In this document: positions 24,320 through 34,070 of the stretch, one piece after another
Position numbering within the stretch: the stretch's first letter is position 1
Layout of the letters: every line of letters starts with the position of its first letter
NCBI GenBank assembly: GCA_963792585.1
Contig: CAWBWI010000004.1
Coordinates: forward strand, 1 to 64,000
Length of the DNA: 64,000 nucleotides
Origin: Candidatus Eiseniibacteriota bacterium
GTDB lineage: Bacteria; Eisenbacteria; RBG-16-71-46; CAIMUX01; VGJL01
Reading direction: 5' to 3'
Position numbers and translations under genes: made by a program
Notes under the pieces: model-generated
Told to the model about the DNA's origin: nothing
Database searches by the model: none
The model's input: the letters and a program-made list of their open reading frames with translations, nothing else

Positions 24320-24320
24320 G

Positions 24321-25811
24321 TCACACCCCGCGGGGCGGGGCGTTCGGCTTCGGCAGGACCGGCGGCACATCGACCGGGGTCCCCGCGAGCGGCTTCTCCG
24401 GGCCGCCCTCCGGAACCGGTCCCACCCCGGCCCGCGCCTCGGCCGCGGCCTGCGCCGCCGCCTCCCGCGCGGCCGTGCGCCGATCGAGGAACCCGGTGTC
24501 GTAACGGCCGGCCCGAAAGTCGGGATCTTCCAGCAGTTCCTTGTGGAAGCCGATGGTCGTGTCTACCCCTTCCACGCGGGCCTCCCCGAGGGCGCGTCGC
24601 ATCCGCGCAAGGGCCTCCTCGCGGTCGGAACCGTGCGCGATCAACTTCGCGACCATCGAGTCGTAGTAGGGAGAGATCGTGGAACCGGTGACGAGGTGGC
24701 TGTCGATCCGGATGCCGGGGCCACCCGACAGGTACAGAAACGTCACGGTGCCCGGAGACGGCCGGAAGGCCTGATCGGGATTCTCCGCATTGATCCGGCA
24801 CTCGATCGCGTGCCCGCGCAGCTGCACGTCCTCCTGGCGAATCCCGAGGGACTCCCCCGCCGCGACGCGGATCTGAAGCTTGACCAGGTCGAGTCCCGTC
24901 GTCATCTCGGTCACGGGATGCTCCACCTGAAGGCGCGTGTTCATCTCCATGAAGTAGAATTGCCCCGTCTCCTGTTCGTAGAGGAACTCCATCGTGCCCA
25001 GGCTGTAATAGCCGATCCGCTCGGCGCCCTGCACGGCGGTTCGCCCCATTCGTTCGCGGATTTCCGCCGGGAGGATCGGACTCGGCGCTTCCTCGATCAG
25101 CTTCTGGTGCCGGCGCTGGATGGAGCAGTCGCGCTCGCCGAGGTGAATGACGTTGCCGTGGCGATCCCCGACGATCTGAATCTCGATGTGACGCGGGCCG
25201 ACCAGGAACTTCTCGAGATACAGGGCGCCGCTCCCGAAGGCGGCCTGCGCCTCGGCCTCCGCCATCGTGTAATGACGCTCGAGATCCTCCGGCGCCCGCA
25301 CGACCCGCATCCCCTTGCCGCCGCCACCGTCCTTGGCCTTCAGGATGACGGGGAAGCCGACCTCGACGGCGAGGCCCGCGGCCTCCTCCACCGACTCGAC
25401 CACGCCGCGACTGCCGGGCAGGACGGGGACTCCGGCCTCACGCATGCGCGCCTTGGCAATCGCCTTGTCCCCCATGTCGCGGATGGCGTGGATCGGGGGC
25501 CCGATGAAGGCGAAACCGGTCGACTCACACGCTTCCGCGAACTGGGCATTCTCCGCGAGGAATCCGTATCCAGGGTGGATCGCATCGACGTTCATCGTCT
25601 GCGCGGCGGACATGATCTGCGGAATGTTGAGGTAGCTGTCCTTGCTCCGCGGCGGGCCGATGCAAACGGCATCGTCGGCTAGCTTGACGTGGAGAGATTC
25701 CGCGTCGGCCTCGGAGTAGACCGCGACCGCTTCGACGTCCAACTCGTGGCACGCGCGGATCACGCGGAGCGCGATCTCGCCACGGTTCGCGATCAGGACC
25801 CGCTTGAACAT
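24321..25811 (-). CDS. accC: Acetyl-CoA carboxylase biotin carboxylase
   Basis: VLIANRGEIA, HPGYGFLAEN, GGGGKGMR, EMNTRLQVEHPVTE, YYDSMVAKLI. Confidence 0.98.
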   Translation of the reverse strand: MFKRVLIANRGEIALRVIRACHELDVEAVAVYSEADAESLHVKLADDAVCIGPPRSKDSYLNIPQIMSAAQTMNVDAIHPGYGFLAENAQFAEACESTGFAFIGPPIHAIRDMGDKAIAKARMREAGVPVLPGSRGVVESVEEAAGLAVEVGFPVILKAKDGGGGKGMRVVRAPEDLERHYTMAEAEAQAAFGSGALYLEKFLVGPRHIEIQIVGDRHGNVIHLGERDCSIQRRHQKLIEEAPSPILPAEIRERMGRTAVQGAERIGYYSLGTMEFLYEQETGQFYFMEMNTRLQVEHPVTEMTTGLDLVKLQIRVAAGESLGIRQEDVQLRGHAIECRINAENPDQAFRPSPGTVTFLYLSGGPGIRIDSHLVTGSTISPYYDSMVAKLIAHGSDREEALARMRRALGEARVEGVDTTIGFHKELLEDPDFRAGRYDTGFLDRRTAAREAAAQAAAEARAGVGPVPEGGPEKPLAGTPVDVPPVLPKPNAPPRGV

Positions 25812-25821
25812 CCGTCCGGGC

Positions 25822-26989
25822 TCAGAAGCGGACCATCCCCGGAGGTGTCTTCGGATCGCCCTCCGCCGTCTCCGCAGGCTTTTCGGACTTCTCGAAACTC
25901 GCCCACTTCGCGTCGCTCGAGGACTGGATCCCGCGGATTCGCAGCTCGAATTCCGTCGGGCTGGTCGAGGCGTGGATCGCCTCCTCGAGGGTGATGAGGC
26001 CGTCGTTGTAGAGCTTCATCAGCGACTGATCGAATGTCTGCATTCCGTATTGCGCGAGCCCCTCATGAATCGCCGCCTTGATCTGGAGCGTCTTGGACGG
26101 ATCGAGGAGGTACTCCCGGATCGTCGGCGTGTTGACCATCACCTCCACGGCGGGGACGCGCCCCTTGCCCGACGCGCGCGGGATCAACCGGAGGCTGATG
26201 ACCGCGGCGAGCGAAGTCGCCAGCAGGAAGCGGACCTCGTCGTGCTGGTGGGGCGGGTAGAACGAGATGATCCGGTTCACCGTCTGGGCGGCGTCGATCG
26301 TGTGCAGGGTCGAGAGGACGAGGTGGCCCGTATCGGCCGCCGTCAGCGCGATCGACATCGTCTCCCGATCGCGGATCTCCCCGAGGAGGATCACGTCCGG
26401 ATCCTGACGGAGGATGTGGCGAAGGGCATCGCCGAAGGTCGCGGTGTCGAGCCCGACCTCGCGCTGGCTGATCATGCTCTTGTCGTCGCGGTGGAGGAAC
26501 TCGATCGGGTCTTCGATCGTGACGATGCTCTTCGCAAGCCGGCGGTTGATCGAGTCGATCATCGAGGCGAGCGTGGTGCTCTTGCCCGATGCCGACAGTC
26601 CCGGTCACGAGGATCAGCCCGCGCGGGCGCAGGGCCAGCTGCTCGACGACCGGCGGGAGGTTCAAGTCCTCGATCGCCGGCACGCCGAGGGGAACGTGTC
26701 GGATCGCCATCGCGACGGTTCCGCGCTGGTAGTAGAAGTTCGACCGGAAGCGCGCGAGCCCCGCGATGCCGAAGCCGAAGTCGATCTCCCGGCTGCGGGC
26801 GAACTCTTCCTGCTGCGTGGGGGTGAGCACCTGTTCGACGATCTGGTCGAGTTCCTTTGGAGTCGCGGGCGGCAGGTCCAACGGGCACCAGAGTACCGTC
26901 GATGCGTAGGAGGGCCGGCTGCCGACCCGCAGGTGCAGGTCGGACGCCCCACGTTCGATCATCTCCTCGAGGATCCTGCGGAGTTCCAT
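25822..26989 (-). CDS. pilT: PilT/PilU family type IV pilus retraction ATPase (frameshifted)
   Basis: ASDLHLRVG, RFRSNFYYQRG, Walker A VTGTVG.GKSTT, TIEDPIEF, LRQDPDVILLGEIRD, TGHLVLSTLHT, GMQTFDQSL. Confidence 0.9.
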
Positions 26990-27001
26990 CGGAACCTCCC
27001 G

Positions 27002-27508
27002 TCAGTCCGGCCGCACCAGGAAGAGCGGCTGGTTGAACTCGACCGGCATTCCGTTCTGCACGAGGACCTTCGCGATCGTCCCGGCGACCTCCGATTCGAT
27101 CTCGTTCATGAGCTTCATCGCCTCGACGATGCAAACGACTTGCCCGACGGCCACGCGCTGGCCGACATCGACATACGGCGGGGACGAGGGAGACGGCGCG
27201 CGGTAGAAGGTGCCGACCATCGGCGAACGCACCGCGCTGAGACCGGCTTCCTCACCGGCGTCGGCCGCGAGTGCGGCCGCGCCCGCCGCCGCTTCACCCG
27301 TCGCGTGCGCCGCATCGCGCTTCCCCGACGGTGCCGAGGCGACCGATGCGGGCGCCTGAACGGTGACGACATGCGGCATCGGCCCGGCCGCCCCTGCATC
27401 CGAGCGCTTCAAGATCCGCACCCGGCTCCACCAGCTCCGGACCTCGAGTTCGTTGATCTGGCTCTCCTCGACCAACTTGATGAGACGTCGGATCTCGTCG
27501 ATGCGCAT
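27002..27508 (-). CDS. accB: Biotin carboxyl carrier protein
   Basis: [13 protein letters not shown] and the EAMKLMNEI biotinylation motif. Confidence 0.98.
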   Translation of the reverse strand: MRIDEIRRLIKLVEESQINELEVRSWWSRVRILKRSDAGAAGPMPHVVTVQAPASVASAPSGKRDAAHATGEAAAGAAALAADAGEEAGLSAVRSPMVGTFYRAPSPSSPPYVDVGQRVAVGQVVCIVEAMKLMNEIESEVAGTIAKVLVQNGMPVEFNQPLFLVRPD

Positions 27509-27530
27509 TCCCCTCCCCCTCTACTTCTTC

Positions 27531-27982
27531 CTAGACGGTCCCGTCGCCGACCGTCAGGGCGACCAGGGCCCGGAGGCCCACCCGATACCCAACCCCTCCC
27601 AGACCCATGACGACTCCGCGGCAGACGGGCGCGATCAGATCCGTGCGTCGGAACGGCTCCCGCGCAAGGATATTGGACAGGTGCACTTCGATGATGGGGT
27701 AGTCGACCGCCGCCACCGCATCCCGCAGGGCCACGCTGGTGTGGGTGAGTCCCCCGGGGTTCAGAGAGCGCTCCGCGGAGCCTCCCGCGTCCCTCGTGAA
27801 GACGATCCAGGATGCTCCCCTCGTGGTTGCTCTGGAAGAACTCGACAGCCACCCCCAAGCCCTCGCGCCTCCGCCCGGACCAGGTCCTCGAGCTGGGGAA
27901 GGGTCATCGTCCCGTAGACCTCCGGCTCGCGGAGACCCAACAGGTTCAGGTTCGGGCCATTCAAGATCAGGATCGGCTTCAT
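27531..27982 (-). CDS. aroQ: Type II 3-dehydroquinate dehydratase (frameshifted)
   Basis: [41 protein letters not shown]. Confidence 0.96.
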
Positions 27983-27985
27983 CGA

Positions 27986-29076
27986 TCAGGCCGCGACGTA
28001 CGCCGCCGCCTCCCGTACGGAGGCCTCGGTAACTTGCCGGTGGACCGTAACATCGCCAATTCCACCTGTCAACACGTAGGTCAGCCCCCCCTCCCGAGCC
28101 TTCTTGTCGTGGCGCAAAATCGGCTCCAGATCGACCCAACCGATCCCCTCGCAACGGGTGGGAAGCCGGTGCAGCCGCAAGAGGCGCTCGACCCGATCCC
28201 GGTACTCCGGGGTCGCAATTCCTTGCAATATCGAAAGTTGAAGCGAGGCCACCATTCCGATCGCGACGGCCTCGCCGTGGCGGTAGCGGGAAAATCCCCC
28301 AGCCGCCTCGATCGCGTGGCCAAAGGTGTGACCCAGATTGAGCAGGGCGCGGACTCCCTGCTCCGTTTCGTCCTGACCGACGATCCTCGCCTTCACGGCC
28401 ACGCTTCGCGTGATGAGATCGGTCAGGATCTCGGGATTCCCTTCCCAGATCGGCCGTTCCTGGGATTCGAGCAGCTCGAAAAGCATCGGATCCCCGATGA
28501 TCGCCGCCTTGATGACCTCGGCGAGTCCGTTTGCGAGCTCTTCTTCCGGGAGGGTCCGAAGGAAACCGGGGGCGGCCAGCACGAGGCGGGGCTGGTGGAA
28601 GGCCCCGACCACGTTCTTGAGCCCGCCGTGATTGACGCCGGTCTTGCCCCCGACGCTCGCGTCCGCCATCGCCAGGAGACTGGTCGGGATCTGGATCCAG
28701 GCAATCCCCCGCAGCCAGGTCGCGGCCGCGAAACCGGTCAAGTCCCCTATGACGCCGCCTCCGAGGGCGACGAGCCAGCCATCCCGCTTGATGCCGATCC
28801 GGTGACAGCCGTCGTAGAGCCGCTCCAGAGGTTGGCGAGGTCCTTCGTCGCCTCCCCCGCGGAGAGCTGCAGAATCTCCACCTGGAGCCCCGCGCTCGCC
28901 AGGACATCCGTCACCGGGGCGGCCCACAACGGCCCGACGTGCGCGTCGGTCACCAGGAGGGCCCTGCGGCCCCTCTCGGAGAGCTCATGCGGAGTCGTGG
29001 AGATCCACCCTTCAGGCGCCCCCACCAGGACCCGATAGCTGCGATCCCCGAGGGAGACGTCGACGACGCGGGTCAA
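27986..29076 (-). CDS. aroB: 3-dehydroquinate synthase (frameshifted)
   Basis: [42 protein letters not shown]. Confidence 0.96.
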
Positions 29077-29179
29077 CGATCCAACCCGACGGCGCCGCGG
29101 TTTCTCACCGCCGACCCGAGTGCACGAATTCCGATCATGGCTGGGAAGCTACCACCCGCCGAGGAGGGGGTCCAGGCGG

Positions 29180-30370
29180 CTATGGATTGCGGCGGAGCTG
29201 GTCCCGGAAAAGGCGAAGTTGTTGATTGAGGGATTCGACCTGGCGGAGGAGGCGACGTTCTCTTCCATCGGCAAGCGCGAGTTGCTTGGCCCGCCAGACC
29301 ATCGATCCACGGTCGGCCAACCGAACCGTGGTCGTGAGCGATCGATCTCCCCGGACCAGGTCGACCTTCACCGGGCGCTCGGGCGGATTCGCGGCAACCA
29401 GCTGGGTCAGTTGATCCCAGCTGCGGACCGGCTGCCCCCCGAAGTTGAGGATCCGATCCCCGGCCCGAATTCCGGCCTTGGAGGCGGGGCTTTCGGGCAG
29501 GACCCGCGCAACCGTCAGGCCCGCATCCGCGCGGGCCCGTCCCTCGGGCGTTCCGGCCGGAACCTCCACGCGAACGCCGAGGAAGCCCTGACCTCCGCGC
29601 CTCTCGAGAAGGAAGCGGACCGTCCGCTCCATTTGCTCCAGCGGAAGAACCCATCCCGCTTCGCTCGGACCGTCCGTGTCGAGCGGGTACTCGAGGGGCA
29701 TTCCCGGCGCGCCGGATGGCAGGATCGCGCTTTCGATCCCCTCGCCGAGCAGGACGCCGATGAGGAGGCCGTCCATGTCCAGGACTCCGGCGCCCGCGAG
29801 CGCGGCGTCCACGTTCCCCTCCAGGCGCGCGCGCCACACATCCCCGGTCAGGATCCGATGGCGGACTCGAGAGAGGGCAAGGTGACGGGAAGGGCCCCGG
29901 CCCGTTGCACCAAGGGTGAGCACCCAGGCGTTCTCCCGGAGGGTCAACTGAGGATTGCCTCGAGGGATCGGCTGAACGGGCACCTCCCCGCGCAGCCGGA
30001 TCAAACTCAACCCCGTCTCGGCATCCTGGGCGACGAAATCGGCGAGTCTACGTACGGTTCCCCCCAGCAGGACCTGAAGGGAGTCCCCCGGTTGCGCGAG
30101 GTCGCAGACGGTGACCACATATCCACGCGGATCCCAGACGAGGCCGTTGCCGATCACCCTGATGATCGCCGATCCCGCGAGCCCGGGACGGATGGAATCG
30201 GGAAGCACGGATGACCAGGGACGCCTTGCCTCGATGCGGACGATGCCCTGACCGGCCTGGCGCGCGATGCGATCGAGTGAATCACCCACGGGACCGGCGG
30301 ACGCTGAGCCCACGGACAGCAGGCACGCGAGCGCTATGAGACGAGCGGAAGCGCGGACGACGACCGCCAT
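29180..30370 (-). CDS. HtrA/DegS-like trypsin-fold + PDZ protein lacking the catalytic triad
   Basis: Signal peptide; GNGLVWDPRGYVVT; VLDMDGLLIGV; PDZ GFLGV...SPASKAGIRAGDRI; C-terminal coiled coil. Confidence 0.8.
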   Translation of the reverse strand: MAVVVRASARLIALACLLSVGSASAGPVGDSLDRIARQAGQGIVRIEARRPWSSVLPDSIRPGLAGSAIIRVIGNGLVWDPRGYVVTVCDLAQPGDSLQVLLGGTVRRLADFVAQDAETGLSLIRLRGEVPVQPIPRGNPQLTLRENAWVLTLGATGRGPSRHLALSRVRHRILTGDVWRARLEGNVDAALAGAGVLDMDGLLIGVLLGEGIESAILPSGAPGMPLEYPLDTDGPSEAGWVLPLEQMERTVRFLLERRGGQGFLGVRVEVPAGTPEGRARADAGLTVARVLPESPASKAGIRAGDRILNFGGQPVRSWDQLTQLVAANPPERPVKVDLVRGDRSLTTTVRLADRGSMVWRAKQLALADGRERRLLRQVESLNQQLRLFRDQLRRNP

Positions 30371-30374
30371 GCTC

Positions 30375-31079
30375 CTAGAATACGACGTAGACACGTCCTC
30401 CCCGTCGGTTGCCGCTTGTCGGCGACGAGGGACCCGCGCCGACCTGTTGGCCGACGCCTGCCCCGTCCCGCGTGGGACCCCACTGGAAATCAGGCGAGCC
30501 CGTTGTGTCCTCGGCCACGCCCGGCGAGTCGGCCTCGAGCCGATCCTTCATCTGGGCGACGAGCTCCTCGAACGGCCCAGACGCTACGGGGATGCTCGCG
30601 GGGCCGACGATGGGTGCCGCGGCGGGAGTCACCGCGACGGCGGGTTCGGTCGTCTTCGGTGACGAGGCCGGAAGCTGCTGGGCGACGTCAACCGCGGGAT
30701 GCGGGTGCAGGATGAGAACGCTCGCCGTGACCCCTACGACGAGGCCCAGGGCGAGTGCCGCCGGCGCGAACCGCGGGGAACGAAGCCACTCCAGTCCCGA
30801 AACGAAATCCCGCAGCCGCTCGCCGAAGCTCGGGGCCGACGCGATCGCCGCGCTGCCCTTGGCCTGCCGGGCGGCCCGAAGCACGTCTTGGACGAACATG
30901 TCCGGAGGAAGGATCTCCGGAAGCTCCCGAACCAGGCCGACGGTCCGCTCTAGCTTCCGGAGTTCGCCGGCACAGCCTGGGCAGCGGTCGAGATGGTGGG
31001 TCAGGGCACGTTGTTCTTCATAGCTCAAACCCTCGTCCAGTCGCAGGGAGAAGAGTCCGCGTGCGGTCTTACAGTTCAT
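30375..31079 (-). CDS. Zinc-binding (zf-HC2/ZAS) transmembrane anti-sigma factor
   Basis: MNC...HLDRCPGC (HxxxCxxC) and one TM helix. Overlaps the sigma gene stop. Confidence 0.9.
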   Translation of the reverse strand: MNCKTARGLFSLRLDEGLSYEEQRALTHHLDRCPGCAGELRKLERTVGLVRELPEILPPDMFVQDVLRAARQAKGSAAIASAPSFGERLRDFVSGLEWLRSPRFAPAALALGLVVGVTASVLILHPHPAVDVAQQLPASSPKTTEPAVAVTPAAAPIVGPASIPVASGPFEELVAQMKDRLEADSPGVAEDTTGSPDFQWGPTRDGAGVGQQVGAGPSSPTSGNRRGGRVYVVF

Positions 31080-31716
31080 CTGCCGTCCCCTCGATTGATG
31101 GATCCAAGATGTCCTTTAGGGCCAGCCGGGCCCGATTGATTCTCGAACGAACCGTGCCGCCGGGGATCTTCAGAACTTCGCCGATCTCCTCGTACGAGAG
31201 TTGCTGGACATCCCGCAGCACAATCACTTCACGAAACTTCCTCGGCAGCTTGGCGATCGCCTTCTCGACTTTGGCTTGCACCTCGCGCCGACGAAACAAC
31301 CGCTCCGGTCCCGGCCCGGGATCGGCGACGAAAGCGCCGGAATCACCGGTCGCTTCCAGGAGTTTGTCGAGCGAGACCACTCCGCGCTGGCGAACCCGTC
31401 TGCGGATCTCGTTCTTGGCGAGGTTCATCGCAATCGTGTAGAGCCACGTGCTGAACTTCCCGCTCGGCCGATACCGCTCTCGGTGGATGAAGACCCGCAG
31501 GAACGTCTCCTGCGCGATTTCGGCCGCCCTCTCGCGATCGCTGATCAGCCGGCTCACCACATTGATGATCCGGTTCTGATACCGGCGGACCAACATCGCA
31601 AATGCGGCTTCCGAACCCCGAACGATCTCTTCCATCAGCCCTTCGTCGGACAGTCCATCGAGGTCCGGGGCTGTGAGGCGATCGTCCCCTGGCGTCATCC
31701 CTTCTCCTGTCGTCAT
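31069..31716 (-). CDS. ECF RNA polymerase sigma factor (RpoE/SigW-like)
   Basis: AQETFLRVF, KFSTWLYTIAMN, LSYEEIGEVLKIPGGTVRSRINRAR. Confidence 0.95.
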   Translation of the reverse strand: MTTGEGMTPGDDRLTAPDLDGLSDEGLMEEIVRGSEAAFAMLVRRYQNRIINVVSRLISDRERAAEIAQETFLRVFIHRERYRPSGKFSTWLYTIAMNLAKNEIRRRVRQRGVVSLDKLLEATGDSGAFVADPGPGPERLFRRREVQAKVEKAIAKLPRKFREVIVLRDVQQLSYEEIGEVLKIPGGTVRSRINRARLALKDILDPSIEGTADEL

Positions 31717-31733
31717 GGCCAGTACCCCGGGGG

Positions 31734-33419
31734 CTACCGGGAGTTCCCGTTCCGGGACGGGCGGGTTTCTTCCCAGAGCTGGAGGAGTTCCCGGGCCTGA
31801 CGATCGTTCGGCTGATCGCTCAGGAGGTCGCGGAGCAGTTGCCTCCCCTCTTCGTTTCGGCCGGAGGCGCGGAGGGCTTTTGCCAGATGGATCTTGATGA
31901 GCGGCTCCTTCGGATCCAGTCCGGCGGCTTTGCGGAGCGGTTCCACGGCCTCCTGAAACCGGTCTAACTTGTAGAGGGTCCACCCATAGCTGTCCTGGTA
32001 GGCGGCATTCTCCGGGTCCAGCTCGACCGCCCGAGCGGTCCAGGCGAGCGCCTGGGGGAGGTCGATGGCCTCCTCCGCGCAGAGGTACCCCGCTTCGTTG
32101 AGGGCCGCCGCATCGTCGGGGTGCCTTTCCAGCAGGCGACGGTACCAACCGACGGCATCGCGGAACCGGCCCGCCCGCTGCTCGAGGCCCCCCAGGCGGA
32201 AGAAGACCTCCCGGTCATCGGGGTATTGCTGGGAGATTCGAATCAGACCCTCCCGGGCCTGGTCGATCTTCCCCTGATCCACCAGAATCAGGGCCCGCAA
32301 CAGCCCCGCATCGCGATCTTCAGGGGCGAGTCGAAGGATCTCGTCGAGTTCCATGAGGGCGCTGTCGGGACGATCGATACGGGCCAGAGAAAGGGCGCGA
32401 TACCAGTGGCCCTTCCTCTCCCTTGGCGCGGCGAGGATCATCTCGTCGGCCGTGCGGAGCGCCGCTTCCAGGCTGTCGGCCCGGTTGTAGCCGCGCCAGA
32501 GCCAGTCATCGCAGTCTCTCAGGGATGGATCGATCTCGCGCGCGCGTCTCAGGAGAGGGATCGCCTCCGCGAGCCGATCCTGACCGAACCGGATCACACC
32601 AAGTTGCATTGCGACCGAGGCATCGCGCGGCTCGTCTTGGTGGAGCCTCTCGAGGAGAGGGACGGCCTCTTGCTGGCGCCCGAGGGTGAGCAGATTGCGC
32701 GCGCATTCCCGGCGAAGATCGTTGCGGTTGGGCGCGAGCTCCAAAGCCCGCAGGCATGCCGTCGCCGTCGAATCGGAAGGGCCGAGACGCCAGCAGGTCG
32801 CGATCAATTGGTCGACCGCCCCGGGGAAGTCGGGGGCCATGCGCATGACCGCGAGAAAATCGCCGACGGCATCCCACGAGCGGTTCTGCCGCGTCCGGAG
32901 CATGCCGCGGTGGAGGTAGAGCAGGGGGCTGTCCGGCATCATCCCGCCCTGTTCCGGCGAGAGCAGTTTCAGCGCGTCCGCGTTCCGCCCGAGGGCCTCG
33001 TAGACGAGGATGAGAGAGACGAGGTGGGTCCGACTCGAAGGATCGAGGCTGCGCGCCCGTTCGAGGCTCTCCACCGCCTCCTGCGGCTCTTGACGAAGCA
33101 TCCGGACCTGCCCCAGAAGGCCGTTCGTCTCCGGGTCATCGGGGGCCATTCGCTGCGCCCTCAGCGCGACCGGTAGGGCCTCGTCGAACCTCCGCGCGTC
33201 GATCAGGACGCGGGCGAGTTCCCTCGGGATCTCCGCGGCGGTCGTGTCCAACCGGGCCGCGGCGGAGAGGTCTTCGATGGCGCTGTCGGTCTCCCCGTCC
33301 GACGCATGCTGCAGCCCTTGGAGATACAGGCTCATTGCGTCATCCGACGCCCGGGCGGGAATCGAGATGGGGGTCCAAATGGCGACGAGAAGCGCGCAAA
33401 AAACGACGGCTCGCCTCAA
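31734..33419 (-). CDS. Exported tetratricopeptide repeat protein
   Basis: Signal peptide and multiple TPRs, incl. ALNEAGY...AVELDPENAAYQDSYGWTLYK. Confidence 0.88.
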   Translation of the reverse strand: MRRAVVFCALLVAIWTPISIPARASDDAMSLYLQGLQHASDGETDSAIEDLSAAARLDTTAAEIPRELARVLIDARRFDEALPVALRAQRMAPDDPETNGLLGQVRMLRQEPQEAVESLERARSLDPSSRTHLVSLILVYEALGRNADALKLLSPEQGGMMPDSPLLYLHRGMLRTRQNRSWDAVGDFLAVMRMAPDFPGAVDQLIATCWRLGPSDSTATACLRALELAPNRNDLRRECARNLLTLGRQQEAVPLLERLHQDEPRDASVAMQLGVIRFGQDRLAEAIPLLRRAREIDPSLRDCDDWLWRGYNRADSLEAALRTADEMILAAPRERKGHWYRALSLARIDRPDSALMELDEILRLAPEDRDAGLLRALILVDQGKIDQAREGLIRISQQYPDDREVFFRLGGLEQRAGRFRDAVGWYRRLLERHPDDAAALNEAGYLCAEEAIDLPQALAWTARAVELDPENAAYQDSYGWTLYKLDRFQEAVEPLRKAAGLDPKEPLIKIHLAKALRASGRNEEGRQLLRDLLSDQPNDRQARELLQLWEETRPSRNGNSR

Positions 33420-33472
33420 GCGACCTCCTTCCGGTGTTCAGCCGATGCTAGCACACCAGGGTGCGGCGGACT

Positions 33473-33502
33473 TTGACAGCGTCCGAAACCGGCTCCTATA
33501 CT
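33473..33502 (+). promoter_or_regulatory. Near-consensus sigma70 promoter
   Basis: TTGACA-N18-TATACT, followed by an AAGGAG RBS before the ATG at 33542. Confidence 0.7.
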
Positions 33503-33541
33503 CCGGTGTAGTATGCACGCACCGCGAAAGGAGCGGCCTCG

Positions 33542-34018
33542 ATGAGACTCAGAAACCCGATCTTCTTCCTCCTCCTGGCGGCGGCGCTATCGGGAGCCGG
33601 CTGTTATACCCTGCTCCGCCATCCCGAGGTCACGGATCTGACCTCCGAAGAAGGCGATCGCAAGGCCTGCGCCGACTGCCATACGGATGCGCAGTTCTAT
33701 CACGACGCGACCTACGGCGATGCCTCTTGGTACGGCGCCTACCCGGCGCCCTGGGCGAACTACTACGAGTATCCCTGGTGGTACGACGATTACTGGTACG
33801 TAGCTCCGCCCTCCGATGGAGCCCCGATGCCCACGGAATCCGGCGGTCGTCATGTCTGGTCGCGCGACAGCGGCGGACCGGGCTTCCTCCCGGTCCAGGG
33901 CAACCAGAATCAGGGCGACAACACGAAGCCTGCCGCGCCCGACAAGCCCGAGAAGCCGAAAGACTCGAAGGACAAGGAAGAGAAGGACAAAGAGAAGCGC
34001 CACGTCTGGAGTCGATAG
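33542..34018 (+). CDS. Lipoprotein with a single CxxCH motif and a Tyr/Trp-rich segment
   Basis: Signal ending in SGAGC; CADCH; WANYYEYPWWYDDYWY; charged tail. Confidence 0.75.
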   Translation: MRLRNPIFFLLLAAALSGAGCYTLLRHPEVTDLTSEEGDRKACADCHTDAQFYHDATYGDASWYGAYPAPWANYYEYPWWYDDYWYVAPPSDGAPMPTESGGRHVWSRDSGGPGFLPVQGNQNQGDNTKPAAPDKPEKPKDSKDKEEKDKEKRHVWSR

Positions 34019-34070
34019 AGCGCATCGCGTCGCGGGCGTCTATCCCGTTCACCGCAAGGAGGCAGGAATC

